Under the pieces are notes generated by a model that was not told the DNA's origin, made no database searches, and saw only the letters and a list, made by a program, of their open reading frames with translations. Position numbers and translations under genes: made by a program. A stretch of 64,000 bases of DNA from Felis catus. Lineage: Eukaryota. Shown piece by piece: positions 37,629-50,990 of this stretch (position 1 is the stretch's first letter; every line of letters begins with the position of its first letter). The stretch lies in NCBI RefSeq assembly GCF_018350175.1, contig NC_058368.1, positions 106,332,001 through 106,396,000 of the forward strand, given 5' to 3'.

Positions 37629-37931
37629 ATGGCGGCGGCGGAGCTGGCTGTCCCGGCGCTCCCCAACAGCGGCGGCGCGGGGGCGCCGTCGGGCACGGTC
37701 CCCGTGCTCTTCTGCTTCTCGGTTTTCGCGCGGCCCTCGTCCGTGCCGCACGGCGCGGGCTACGAGCTGCTCATCCAGAAGTTCCTCAGCCTGTACGGCG
37801 ACCAGATCGACATGCACCGCAAATTCGTAGTGCAGCTCTTCGCGGAAGAGTGGGGCCAGTACGTGGACCTGCCCAAGGGCTTCGCGGTGAGCGAGCGCTG
37901 CAAGGTGCGCCTCGTGCCGCTGCAGATCCAG
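37629..37931 (+). CDS. ISOC1: ISOC1 coding exon 1 (aa 1-101)
   Basis: aacATGG Kozak start inside a CpG island; translates [36 protein letters not shown]...RLVPLQIQ, matching the mammalian ISOC1 N-terminus; donor CAG|GTGGGT at 37931/37932. Confidence 0.96.
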
Positions 37932-40900
37932 GTGGGTCCCGCCGGAGGGCCGCGCGCCCAGCCGCTGCTCCCGGTCCCGGTGCGTCTCTGTCTCCGCCCC
38001 CGCCGCGCTCCTCAGGTGCCCCGCGCCGCCCTGGCGCCGGGCCCTGCGCGCCTCGCCGGCTTGGAAGGGCGGTGGGGCGATCGCAGTCCTCGGGGACGGC
38101 CCAGAGAATGGGCCAGTAGGAAGGTGACGGTCAGCAGCTGTCCGCCCCCGAGGCGGGGGCGGGGGCCTCCCAGCGGGTCGCGGCGCGAGCGAACGCCCCC
38201 ACGTGTGTGGTCCTCGATCTCCCGCATCAGCTTTGTGTGCTTGGAGCAAGTCCAGCCGCCTGCGTAACCTAAGGGCTGCGCGGTACTAGCTGTGATTTTA
38301 TTTTGGGCTCATGCCGAATGGGGTAAAGAGTTGATGCGGAGTATTGGCCTTAGGGTTACCCGGAGTTGTGTTTACCACTTGCGGAAACACAAACTTCAGG
38401 AGTTACACCTTTCCCCCTCCTCTCCCCAGCTTTCAGTTTCTGGAGCTTAAGCTTCCCCTAACCTTAAGTGAAATAACCATTTGCGTAGCCTTTTCCTGGT
38501 ATCTGGCTACTTGAATCTGTTGATTATATATGCGTCGCCTACGTTGAAAAAGTCATTTGACTCTAGGACTGTAATACCTTGTTAATTACCCAACTTTTCC
38601 TAGACCACGATTTTCTGGCTTGAGAAAGTTGATGCACCTGAGGATTATTTTATAGCTTAAAATTTTTTTTTTTTTGAAGCTGTGCCGTAATACCGTGCGG
38701 GTTTGTCTCCTGTCCTTTTTACTCTCAGAAGATTAACTGGAGGATTTATATTTTTGAAAAGAAAGAACGTAAGGTATATTTTAAATACTACACTGTCCAC
38801 ATTTTTTTTTTCTTTAGTTGAGAAACTGATAAGCTATTTCTTCCGAAGACCAAACTGAAATGTGGGATTCAGGCTTAGAAGACATTTTAATATTCAAATG
38901 TCATATTCTTAAGATTATTCTCTAGATTCGTTTTTTCCAGCTGTATTCGGCTGCAGAATTGGTCTTGTTTCCTGTCACACCAGCACCCATGCCAGAAGCT
39001 TCCAAAGCAGGTACTTTTTACTTGGATAAATTTCTTAGGTTCAGAGGACAAAGGCAGTGAGATTCCATTGTCTCTTCCTGGAGATCCTAAAGGGATATCT
39101 CTGATCCCCCAGAATTTGCCCTGGTGTCCATGCTGGGAATTGTGGTTTGTAGGTGTTTACTACACCCCCATTTTTATGTCTTCAAGAGTTTTCGTGGCTG
39201 ACACGTCTTTGCAACCTTCTTTGTCAGTGTATTTAGATAATTGCTGCCAAAATACCCAAGAAGTTGGATGCCCCTTTGACAAATCCATTAATAAAGGCCA
39301 GAATCCAAACACTAACTGAAGAGATATGGAGCTATCCTGAGGATGCAGACTTCTTTGTGATGCATTTCCTGTAGTGGTTGGGAGGGAGGGTGGGCAGTTC
39401 CCTGATAAGATGTTATGCTGAATCAGGGACTGCCCACCCCACATCTGTAAGTGTTCCCCCCACCCCCCTGCCCAAGATAAGATCTTTTATTTTGAAAAAT
39501 TCAATGCCCAGGTATGCCAACTCTTTTTAATTAAACATGTGTATACCAGAAACAACCTATACATTCTCAAAAGGCATTATATAATTTAGGTCACTTGTGG
39601 CTTTTGAAGTATTTTGCTTGGTACAGAAGATAACAATTTTTTTGGTGATGATGTTTAAAATAAAAATTATAATAATAGCAGTACTCTGTTCCATCTTTTT
39701 AAAAATGTTATTTATACTTCACTAAATAGTCCAAGAATTCCTAAGCCACTGTTATATAATACTTCATATATTTCAAAGTTGTAAAAAATATTTTTCTTTT
39801 ATATTATCTCATTTTAGTACTCATCATACTTTGACTTGTTCCGCTGGGTGCCTCCCTTAGCCTAAAAATAACGTGGAAGGACACACACCTCATATATATC
39901 CATAAACCTATTCTGAAGCCTGTTTTTGTGTATTTATGTCTGAGTATACTTAGAGAAGTGAAGGGGAAGCTATTTCTTTTCATGAACCCTTTATTACATG
40001 GTTTTGGAACCTAGCTGGTTTTAGGAACCTTTAGGTTTTAGGAATCTAAAGACATGGACATTTTGTAGCTAAATGAGACCATAGAGTTGATGACACCACC
40101 ATTTGAGTGGCGGCGTTAAGTGCCTGGCACAATGAAAGCAAACATGGAAAAGACCCAGTTCTTGTTCCTTACCTGATACCGTAACTCTCACTTTGCAAAA
40201 GAGCAGAACAGATGGGAAATTGCCCAAGACTCCAAGGTGATGGTGGAGCTGGCAGAGCTGGGAAGGGCCTTCCTTTTAGCTGCCTATAGCTTTCATCTTT
40301 TCTTTTTGTGCTTAATGAAAGCATCACGCTGAATAGAAACCGGCCACAAACTTGAGCTTGTAATATCATTTGTTTTGCTGGTGCTCATTGCTCTTTGTTA
40401 TCGATGCCTGTCGCTTAGGAAGGCTCAAGATGGCCCATCATTGAGGTGCTGCTACTGGGCATGGCAGGCCCCTTCTCCCAGAAGCAGGGATAGAGAGCAT
40501 AAATTTGGCCAAATGTAGTCCACTGCTTAAATAATGTAACTTGTTATTTTTTCTTCCTGAACACAGACCTTAGAGCCTCGAGGGCCCTGGCTCACATACT
40601 GTATATTCTAGAATTTATTCTCAATTTACATAGGGTTGTGACTTTGCTTCATGCTTGTTCTGACTGCTACTGCTACTGACCTTGTAAAACACAGTGGTCG
40701 CTTGTGCCATACTGTCTGCACCCTGGTTGGTTAAGCAGTTCTGTGGGGACTGATCTTTGAGACTGCCGTTGCCAGTGTTGGACCTTTGTGTGTCTTCTCT
40801 GAAACACTGTCAAAATGACCGAGTGTCCGTTGACAGCTCAGGTAGCTGCAGACTGCTCATGTTTCAAGCATGGTTTATGTGTCTTCTGCTTTGTCAGAAT

Positions 40901-41427
40901 GCTTGAAGTCTGAGGAATTTTGAGACACAGAAGAAGAAATGTAAATGAAAGGATTATACGGTGGGAATTTAGGTCATTTTTATAACTTACAGTTTTTAAT
41001 TTTTCGAAAGGTGTTTCCCAATTTTTAACTAATTGAAACGTTCAACCCTGGGAATACCTGTAAATTTGATACCATATAACCACCACTTTATTTTCCAGCT
41101 TGTCACCAGGGAAAGCAGAGCCCAAACAGAAGGGAGGAAGAAATGGACATTTTAGGGAGGATGCCAGTGACGCCATTTTGCCTCCGTACATACGAGGGAA
41201 GGCTCTGGCAGCTTTGTGTGGGCAGAAGATAAGGGCTTCCCTGGGAAGGTTATTTTGACCTTTCCTGAGATGGTTAATTGGGAGGGGATTTGACTCCAGC
41301 TTTCGCTTTCTTGGAGGTTTGTTGCTACTGTTACTGTTTTTAACAGGGGGCATGGACATTTTTAGCTAGAAGAGACCCCAGGGTTTGTGGTGGGAAGGGA
41401 GAGAAGGCAGGGTTTGGAAAGAAGAGG

Positions 41428-41488
41428 GAAAAGAAGCTGTACCCCCTTGGGCTTGCTGAAAAGAAGCTGTACCCCCTTGGGCTTGCTG
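41428..41488. repeat. perfect 30-bp tandem duplication
   Basis: gaaaagaagctgtacccccttgggcttgct twice. Confidence 0.95.
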
Positions 41489-42256
41489 GTTTGAAGGTGG
41501 CGATGTTTGATAACGAAACCTTTACCGTGGGAGCATGTAGGAAGAGCAGGAAAATGATAATGATGAGAAACAGTGGAGAAGCAGGCCTGACAGATCTCTG
41601 GGAGGTGACCAGTGTCAGGGCGCTGAGAGGAAACAGCTGGATCTTGAGGGTGTGGTTTGCCTCTACTCCATTGGTTCAGTGGGGTTGTGTGTGTGTCACG
41701 TTCAAAAAGTTAACATTTAACACTTTGGATTACTGCCCAAAGCATTGTGTATCCCCCCCCCTCCCCCCCACCCCGTGGAGGTTACCTGTAAATTTGTGTG
41801 TTCATGACACTCTGTGTTTCAGAGTGGAACCTGTTCATTTTTTGATTGATTACATGCAGCTCATTGGATCCTTGACGTAGCCCTCTGAGGGAAATGCTGT
41901 TTGGTTGCTTTGTTAAGAAACTGCTGTTTGAAAATGTTAATGATTTGTCCCATTTCACATAATTGAGTTTAGTGAAATTGAGATTTGGTCTCAGATTCCA
42001 ACGCCCGCAGCTCTGTGGTGTAGGGAGCCTTGTAACCCCAGGGGAATCACATCGCTGAAATCTGTTTTCAGGGAGTCAGTCCTCGAGCAAGGCCTTACTG
42101 TTACTGTGGTAATCACATTTGCTTGGAAACACTTCTCAGTGAAATAATGATACCCTGTACCCCTTTGGACTCTCTCCCAAGCACATCATTCATGCCTATC
42201 TTGTGACTGTAATAGACTCCTACAATTTTGAACACATCATATTTACAATTCCAAAC

Positions 42257-42432
42257 TTTTTTTTTTTTTTTTTTGAAAGAACAGGTGAGAGAGGCAGAGA
42301 GAGAGAATAGAATCTCAAGCAGGCTCCTTGCTCAGCAAAGAGCCTGAGGTGGAGCTCAGTCCCACGACCGTGGGATCATGACCTGAGCCGAAATCAAGTC
42401 AGATGCTCAACTGACTGAGCCACCCAGGCACC
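42257..42432 (-). mobile_element. CAN-SINE (intron 1)
   Basis: TSD tacaattccaaacttt. Confidence 0.92.
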
Positions 42433-42481
42433 ACTACAATTCCAAACTTTAATCATTCCTAAAGGTACACAGTTTACACAC

Positions 42482-42913
42482 TGTAGTAGTTCGCCCTGGA
42501 AGGCTGCTGTAACAGAGTGCCACAAACTGAGTGGCTTATACGACAGAGATCTGTTTCTGCACAGTCCTAGAGGCTAGTGATCAGGGCTGACTCCTTTTGA
42601 GGGCTGTGAGGGAGAATCTGTTCCATGTTTCTTTCCTGGCTCTTGGTGGTTTGCTGGCAGTCTTCAGCATTGCTTGGCTTATAGACCCATTACCTTAATC
42701 TCTGCCTTCAATTTCACAAGGCCTTCTCTGTCCAAATTTCCCCTTTTTATAAGGAGACTGGTCATGTTGGATTAGGCACTCACCCTTCTCCATTGTGACC
42801 TCATCTTGACTAGATTTTCAGTGATTCTGTTTCCAAATAAAGTCACTCTTTGAGGTACTGGGGGTTACGAATTCACCATATGCATTTTGAGGGACACAAT
42901 TTAACATATAACA
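42482..42913 (-). mobile_element. MLT1C-like solo LTR
   Basis: ggctgctgtaaca...cacaaactg.gtggctta; gagaatctgttccatg; tttccaaataaagtcac..tgaggtactggggg. Confidence 0.85.
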
Positions 42914-43429
42914 CCATGTATTACTTTTACGGAAGAACAGAACTGGTACACAGAGCATCCCTAAGCAAGGCCAGCCTCCCTGTATGTGTCTGCCCTGAGT
43001 AACCTGAGGCACTCAGCATGGGAGGTACAAGTTCCTTGCAGATGTACAGCCATTGTGAGAAAATGGTTAGAACACATTTTCACTAGAAGAGGGGAAAATA
43101 GTGTCATGTTAATGGTTATAATGTACTTGGGGATGAAAAGTTTTTTGTCTTTGAAATCTAAGGTCAAATAACAGCTATGACAGTTCTTAAGAAAGTGGTC
43201 ACCAGTTTATATTGGAACACTTTTTTGTTGGGGAAGCTACTGGCTCCAATCAATTTTTTGCATTCAAATATTTATTGGAATATGTATTACCTGTATGTGT
43301 ATATACAGGGTTGTTTGTAGATATATAGATATATGAAGGTGTGTATGTATACATCCATATATTTTTATATGTGAGTTTTTCATGATTCCTGAATATGCAT
43401 CGATCTGTAGTTGTATTTTGCTTGTGATG

Positions 43430-43900
43430 GCATTTGGTCAACACCACTTTTAATTTGCTAGCCTGCAAATTCTCTTCCACGATCCATTCCTGGATTCTAA
43501 TTATTTAGTTGTCATGTCTTCCGAGGTCCCCCTCGACTATGAAAGTTTTTCAGACTTGTACTGTTTTTGATGTCGTTGACAATTTTGAGGCATACTGGTC
43601 AGATATTTTGGTAGAATGTACCTCAGTTTTGGTTTATCTGATGTTTTTCTAGTGCTTAAAATGGGGTTTTGGGATTTTGAGAGCCAGATCATGAAGGTTG
43701 TTGTCATCACATTTTGTCTTATATGCTATCAATATGACCTCTCAGATTATCTCAGTTTTGATCACCTGGCTGAGGCAATGTCTACCAGGTTTTTCCATTA
43801 CAAAGTCACCATACTCCCTCTATATTCTACTTTGAGGAAGCAAGTTACTTGGTGCAGACCATGTCCTAGGGGGTGTCAGGAGTTAAAGTCTGACTCGCTG
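43430..43900 (-). mobile_element. L1MC-like fragment
   Basis: ttgacaattttgagg..tactggtcagatattttg.tagaatgt. Confidence 0.7.
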
Positions 43901-45021
43901 GGAGAAGGCTATCCGGGCATTTTTCATTAACTAAGTTATAATCAAATCATCGCTGCATTATAATGTGCCTTGCCATTATCTCTGTGGTTTCTCTCTGTGT
44001 TTGCTGAAGGCCTGCAGGTAAGTTCCTATACTAGAAGGGTTTTGCAAGGTGGTGAGGATTTTATGGCTGCATTTTCTGACGTCCCCAGTCTTTGACTACT
44101 AATGACATATATCTGATGTGGTTCCTTGCCTGGAACAGGATACCTCACAGTCTGAAAGGAGATAGAGGGAAGCACCAGGTAACAGAAACCCCAGGAGACC
44201 ACAACTCTCAATATTTAGGATTTCTGGGTAGGTGAGGTTTTATTCCTTTCAATATCCCGATATTGAGTATTTTGACCATTTTAGTATTGTGGTCCTGGGG
44301 TATTATATAATTTAACATTCTCTGAGTTGAGCGTGCTCTAAAACGATCTTGTCCCAGTTTATACGTTATGCACATACTGTTACTCCTCCAGTAGAAGGCT
44401 AGAGTGTGGAACTAGTTGAATTGTGATCTGCTTTTATTGTATTTTGAATCTTTTCTCTGTCATCTATCATTTCTTGCTGATACCAGTTTGCCTGTCTCCA
44501 GCAGTTTCCTTTCTGGTTTGCCGTTTATAACCTTTTGTGAATTTAGAGTCCGCACAACCAACCGTGTTAAGAATGTATACAGAGTTTGTCCATTATCTGA
44601 GATGAGATCTGTGAGCTGAAGATACAGCAGGTATGAGCTGTAAGGATGATAGTGCGTGTCCGTCCAGCACACTTAAACCTTTCCCCGTTTACTTTGCCTG
44701 CTTCCTGCTCTCATAGCCGTGGACTGGCGAGAATGGCTGAGTTGCATTGCTATAATCTGAAACAGACCAATTGTGGGTAAGCTGCATTTTGTAGTGTGCC
44801 CTAAACACATTGTGGATGACTAGGGACCCACTTGGATTTTGAGCCCTTCTAGCCAAAATTTAATTTTTACTGAGAATTTAAAGTACATATTCATATATAG
44901 TGGTTGGTTTTTAAAATTGTGTCCTGAGTACCTCTGTATACATCATACTGCTTTGGAAAAGGACCAAAATGGAGGCATGACACCTGCATTAAAATTAAAG
45001 TAAGCACACAGTTAAAGATAC

Positions 45022-45255
45022 AATGTATAATTTAAGATGACTGAATATTTATTTTAATCAGACTGTATTGGCAAAGCAGGAAAACCCTGTACCTAATGTT
45101 CGAATTACAGATGGCACACCCATTCTGCCATGACCTTGGTGTTGCATGTCTGTAGAGTTCACACCAAAGGAAGGTTGATGCCAGAGTGCCTCAGACCAGC
45201 ACGTAGATAATAAAGTACAAAGTTACTAGGACAGTCATACCACTCAGGATAAAAG
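45022..45255 (+). repeat. 234-bp dispersed duplication, copy 1
   Basis: aligns without gaps to 46560-46793 with ~12 mismatches (hand count). Confidence 0.95.
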
Positions 45256-45893
45256 ATTCCTTTTAATGATTCATTTAATTCCTGTAGCAGTTGTTTCCTG
45301 AGAAGTTGCCCTGGGCACTGACACTAAGGCAGGGTCTAGGGCCAGGCTGGTGGGGAAGCCACCGCCATGTGATTGGGACGTGGGTTTCTTTAGGAAATTA
45401 TTAACAGCTATTATCTATGGATGGTTTTAGGGCAAAACAGGGTAGCTAGAGGGGAGACTTAGGAGGTGGCTAGTAAGAGGAAGAGTATGGGTTCATTCAG
45501 GACCGGGCTGCTTCCTTTATATATATGCTCTCTGAAATTAGAGAAGGTAGGAAGGAAAGAAGCATGGGCCTTGAAGAATCTATGAGTGACATTAAATTCT
45601 TATATTCAACAGTGGTTTTTACTTTTTGGTAAATCCATATTGGGCCCAAGTTGTAGCTCAACTACAGTAATTAACGTAAAGCTTGGTGATCTAATGCCTG
45701 CTTTTAACCTTAATTCGTTAATTTCCTGATGGTGATGAATCTTTTTAAGAAAGCAAATGTCACCTTTATGTCTGTTTAACAGTGGTGATGTGTTTGGCAT
45801 CATTTTATTGCATTTCTTTTTTGAACTCTAAGAAGTTATTCCTGAGAACGGCATCTTGATATTTTTGTGTTGATGACAGCAGCAAGCCTGGAG

Positions 45894-46447
45894 GTTTTTT
45901 TTTTTTTTTTAAGTTTATTTATATATTTTTGGGGCAGAGAGAGAGGGGAGGCAGAGAATCCCAACCAGGCTCCTCACTGTCAGCGCTGAGCCCATCGTGG
46001 GGCTCGAGCTCATGAACAGTGAGGTCATGACCTGAGCTGAAAAGAAGAGATCGTGAGTCAAACACTTAACTGACTGAGGCACCCAGTGGATTGCCCAGTG
46101 GATTTCTGTTTTTTTAGATATATGTTTCCTAGTCTCTGCTACAGATTATTTTCATTGTTACTTTTCATACTTGTAAGCATTGCCAGCATCAAATTTAAGT
46201 TGTTTACTATCATAACGTTTTTTTCCAATTACAAAAAGCAGTGCGCATTTTTATTTATTTTTTATTTTACTTATTTAGTGCGTGTGAGAGAGAGTGGAGG
46301 AGGGGCAGAGGGAGAGGGTGAAAGAGAGAATCTTAAGCGGACTCCATGCCCCAGTGCTGAGCCCAGTGTGGGGCACGATCTCGCCACTGTGAGATCATGA
46401 CCCGAGCTCAAATCAAGATTCAGATGCTTGAGCCACTCAGGCACCCC
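45894..46447 (-). mobile_element. two antisense CAN-SINEs (45894-46086, 46248-46447)
   Basis: antisense heads and T-rich tails. Confidence 0.88.
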
Positions 46448-46559
46448 AGTGTGTATTTTTAAATATTATTGGGAAGGGTTTTTAAATAGCATTTGGAGAA
46501 TATAAGAAAACCATAAAGAAAAAAACATTGCTAACTCCCGTTAAAACAGTTAGTGATAG

Positions 46560-46793
46560 AATGTATAATTTAAGATGACTGAGTATTTATTTTAATCAGA
46601 CTCTGTTGGCAAAGTAGGAAAACCCTGTACCTAATGTTCGAATTACAGATGGCACACCCATTCTGCCATGACCTTGGTGTTGCATGTCGGTAGAGTTCAC
46701 ACCAAAGGAAGGTTGATGCCAGAGTGCCTCAGACCAGCACATAGATAATAAAGTACAAAGTCACTCGAACAGTCATACCACTAAAAATAAAAG
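46560..46793 (+). repeat. 234-bp dispersed duplication, copy 2
   Basis: see copy 1; offset 1538 bp. Confidence 0.95.
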
Positions 46794-47257
46794 TGGTATC
46801 TACTTGTTAATACTCATATATTTGCTTCTTCTTCTTGATAATAGTCTCCTATATTTGCTTCTGTCTTCTATTTGTATTTTTACATTATTGAAATACTATT
46901 GAACTGTGCTCTCTTTTTAAAATTAACATTAGATTATGAGCATTTCTTTGTAGATGGCTCAAATTTTTTGAAAACTTATTGCATATGTTATTTTGGTTCT
47001 CTAAAAAATGTTTTATCATGTGAACGTGTTAAAATTTGTGTAGTCATTTCTGTATTGTTGGTCCTTGGTTTATTTCTAATTTTCACTATTGAAAGCAATT
47101 CAGGGAACATCTTTGGATAATTTTTGTTTGTTTGTTTGTTTTGTAATTCGAATCATTTCTTTTAGGTAATAGTGGTAGAAATTGACTTACTGGGTCAAAC
47201 AGTAGGAACACTTTTCTCCTTCATTGACCTCCACTGAAAATAAATGTCGTTGTATAA

Positions 47258-47774
<517 letters not shown>

Positions 47775-47824
47775 TGATATGTCCACAGTGCCGTTTTGTA
47801 GATAGACTAGGTGGTAGGCGGTAG

Positions 47825-48065
47825 TAATGATGAAAAATAGCCACCCTTTATTAAGTGTTGACTGTGTGCAAGGCAGTGATCTGCATCTGTTAATTCGTTA
47901 AACACTCCCCAGTGAGTTTCTGAGCCAATTAAGTACTTTTCATCTCCCCCTGTTATGTAGATGAGGAAACGAAAATACAGACGTTGTACCACTTGCCCAG
48001 GGTCATACTGCTGGTTATGGGATGGAATTGAATTTGAATGTGGGTTGATTGATTGTTGAGCCTTT
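47825..48065 (-). mobile_element. MIR (intron 3)
   Basis: tttattaagtg..gactgtgtgc; agatgaggaaac...acttgcccagggtcatac. Confidence 0.75.
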
Positions 48066-49355
48066 CCTTTTAACTACTTTTGGAGCACGTTTTTATTAAA
48101 GGCGTTATTTTTATTTATGTGTTGTAGGATTTCACGTTGGTCATGTTTTTGCTGTAGAAAAACCATAGAAATCATGTATTTCATTGTCCTTCACGCTTGA
48201 TCGCTTACATACCTTTTTAAAGGAACAGAAAACCCATAGATTCTTAATGCTGATTAAAATGATTTTTTGATCTTTTGTTGGGTATCTTTGAATGGAATAC
48301 ATGTATTTATTCATAGCATTTAAACAACTATTGAATTATATTTAAAAGTTATGAAAACTGTAAAAACAATGCAGCCCAAATAGTGTTACTTTAATACACC
48401 TATGATGTACTGATGGTAGGATATATACAGTAGGTTTTAAGATGTAGCCTAGGGTTTAGATATACGTTACATATTTCTGTATTTTGACTTCGATAATGAC
48501 AATATAGGGTAAGCTTGTTTGTATTAATGTCATGCCAAATACTGTTGCTGACTTCTGCACTTTTTTTGCTCATTCATCATTGTTCTACCTCATGCCTAAT
48601 CAAAATCATCTTTGAACAGTCCTCCAGTGCTAATTTTAATGAAATGTCAGTTGATAATTCTCCAAAGCTCACTTGTCATGTGCACATAAGGTTGGCATCC
48701 TGGTATTACTGAAATGTGCTTTCATTGCTTATATAACCCAGTTATTGTTGGGACATGTTTTTACTCTGTATTCTCTGCTAATGAATTGTTACAAGTTAGT
48801 ACTTACAAAAATGGAATCTATATAATACATCTGCTTGTGCTGTATACTGGATATTTTTTGCCTTTGTCCCTTGTTATTTTTAACTTGGCCTACCTTTACT
48901 ACTGGGTACCCAGTAACAACTTAGTTTTTCTACTTGTTTCTCAATATGCAGGACTGCTGACTCATTCTTTGTGTTAGGCACTCAGTGTGAGTTCAGAAAT
49001 AAACCCGACTGCAAGTGGCATCAAAACCGAGTGGTAGTAGTCAGTCGTATGAAGGTCATTCAGATGACAGATGAAAATCTTTAAAAAAAAAAAAAAAATT
49101 CTCACAGAGCTCTAAGAATATGTTCAAGTTCCTAGTGTGAAAAAAACGTGATGTAATCCAGTTCCTGACTTTACAATGAAGAAACCGAAGCCTGAGATGC
49201 TGTTTATTTTCAAGAGCACCTAGCAAGTTAGAGGCAAATCTAGGTGTAGGACAAGGTCGTGAGAGCTGTAGTATTCTTTCTGCTTTATCATGGTGTCACG
49301 CATTTGTAAAATGCTTTACTGCGTTTTTACGTATGATTTTTTACTTTCCTACTAG

Positions 49356-49496
<141 letters not shown>

Positions 49497-50759
49497 TGAT
49501 TGGTCAAATTTTCCAAATTAATTTGAAGAATAATGAGTACTTCACAGCAATGAAGGATTTACCTCTTCAGTTTGAGTTGTACTCTGACCATAGCGGACTC
49601 ACTGACTTCCAGAGTCGTGTGCTGACCAACTTTTGAGGTCTTGCCACCATATTGTTTTAGATCTTCTGTCTCCTGTGGTCTGGAGTTCTAGTGATACCAA
49701 AAGCTCTTGCACATCTTTCATTGGACTTTGTTTTGGTTTGATGTTTGAACTTCTAAGAGGTATTCCAGAAAGCTTAGTCTGAACCATTTAGAGATTTGCA
49801 AATCAAAAACAGCCCACCTTGGTTTAACTCAGCCAAGATGTAGCCCAAAACTAGGGTGTGGTGGGCCTAAGACTGACTCTGCTTATGTTAAGCTTCCTCA
49901 CATGTGAATCTCTGGGACTAGGAGGTATGTCACTGCCTGTGGACACCACTCAGACACATTGTTTCTTGGCTGTCTGCACCAGCGTGTCAGGTTGGATCAT
50001 AGTCAGGGAATCAGTGATGTTTTGTCAAGGTTGCTTAACAGTCATCTTCTGTAAGCATTTTCTCTTCCTGTTGAGACGCGAACTACCACATAATTGTTTG
50101 AAACATTCACTCCACGTTGTGGATTGTTCTCTTTCTCTCTCTCTTGTTTAATTCTAATTCTGTAATAATTTTAGAGTAATGTCCATGTGGATTGAGTTGG
50201 CAAGTTTTTTAACTGATTATTTCTGTTGAGAACGGGAAATACAGATTGTTGTTTTTTGTTTTTTGTTTTTGTTTTTGTTTTTTTTTTTGAGATCCTCCAG
50301 TGTTGGGGCACAAGCTGGCCTGTGAACCACTTTCTCTGTTGGGTTGCTAAATCATTTCGTTAGCTCACAGTGTGCCCAAGGGTGGTGAGGTAGGGCAAAT
50401 GAAAAAGAGTCAGAGGGAAGAAAGGAGAAAAGTCAGTGCAGAGGGTTGATGCAGAGGCATCTGGGGAATTGGCAACAGCAGTTGTTCTAAGGCCCTGGTT
50501 GGCCATCCCTTCTCTAGGAGGGCCGAGGTCCAGAACTTGGAATACTACAAACATCCAAAAAAAAAAAAACAATCTTACTTCCTTATAATAAGTTGCAAGG
50601 ACTTCTGTCATACATTCAAGTAAGTTTTTGAGACATGTCTTTATATTATGGCATTTATCAAGTTTGTTGGCAGTTCTGTCTTCTCACCAGACAGACTAAA
50701 AACATAGTCAGGATATTTACTCATTCTTTCAGAAGTAGTCTCATCTCAGTGATGAGGAG

Positions 50760-50990
50760 TCAAAACACTGGAGGGATAATACTGGTTTGAATGCAGGTTG
50801 TGGCATTCAGTAAATCTGTGTCCAAGGACAATTTAGCTAGTACATATGGCCTCAGATTTCTTACTGGTGAAATGGAAATAATCATAGCCACTACATGGCA
50901 GGATTTGGTGAGGATTAAATGAAATAATGTGTTGATGGCATTTAGTGTAGTGCCTGATAACAGTAAACACAGGTTAGCTGCTGCATTTAC
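50760..50990 (+). mobile_element. MIR (intron 4)
   Basis: gcctcag.tttctta..ggtgaaatggaaataat...gtgaggattaaatga. Confidence 0.75.

Larger units (their letters stand above)
37200..38290. promoter_or_regulatory. ISOC1: CpG island / TATA-less ISOC1 promoter with GC boxes
   Basis: abrupt GC- and CpG-rich segment in an AT-rich, CpG-depleted background; several GGGCGG/CCGCCC Sp/KLF-type boxes between ~37287 and ~37566 upstream of the ATG. Confidence 0.92.

Noticed and set aside
37422..38249. 275-aa antisense ORF and other CpG-island ORFs
   Set aside because: GC-rich, stop-poor shadow of exon 1; Arg/Pro/Gly/Ala low-complexity translation with no recognisable domain
37932..38267. Extension of the 224-aa ORF past the exon 1 donor
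   Set aside because: ISOC1 similarity ends at LQIQ and resumes in exon 2; the rest is intron read-through
41428..41488. 30-bp direct repeat as CRISPR-like
   Set aside because: Only two adjacent copies, no spacers, mammalian context
45022..45255. Duplicated intronic element as a snoRNA or NUMT
   Set aside because: No properly placed C/D boxes or hairpin-H-hairpin-ACA spacing; the ATGGCACACCCA start resembles COX2 for only four codons and stops after 14
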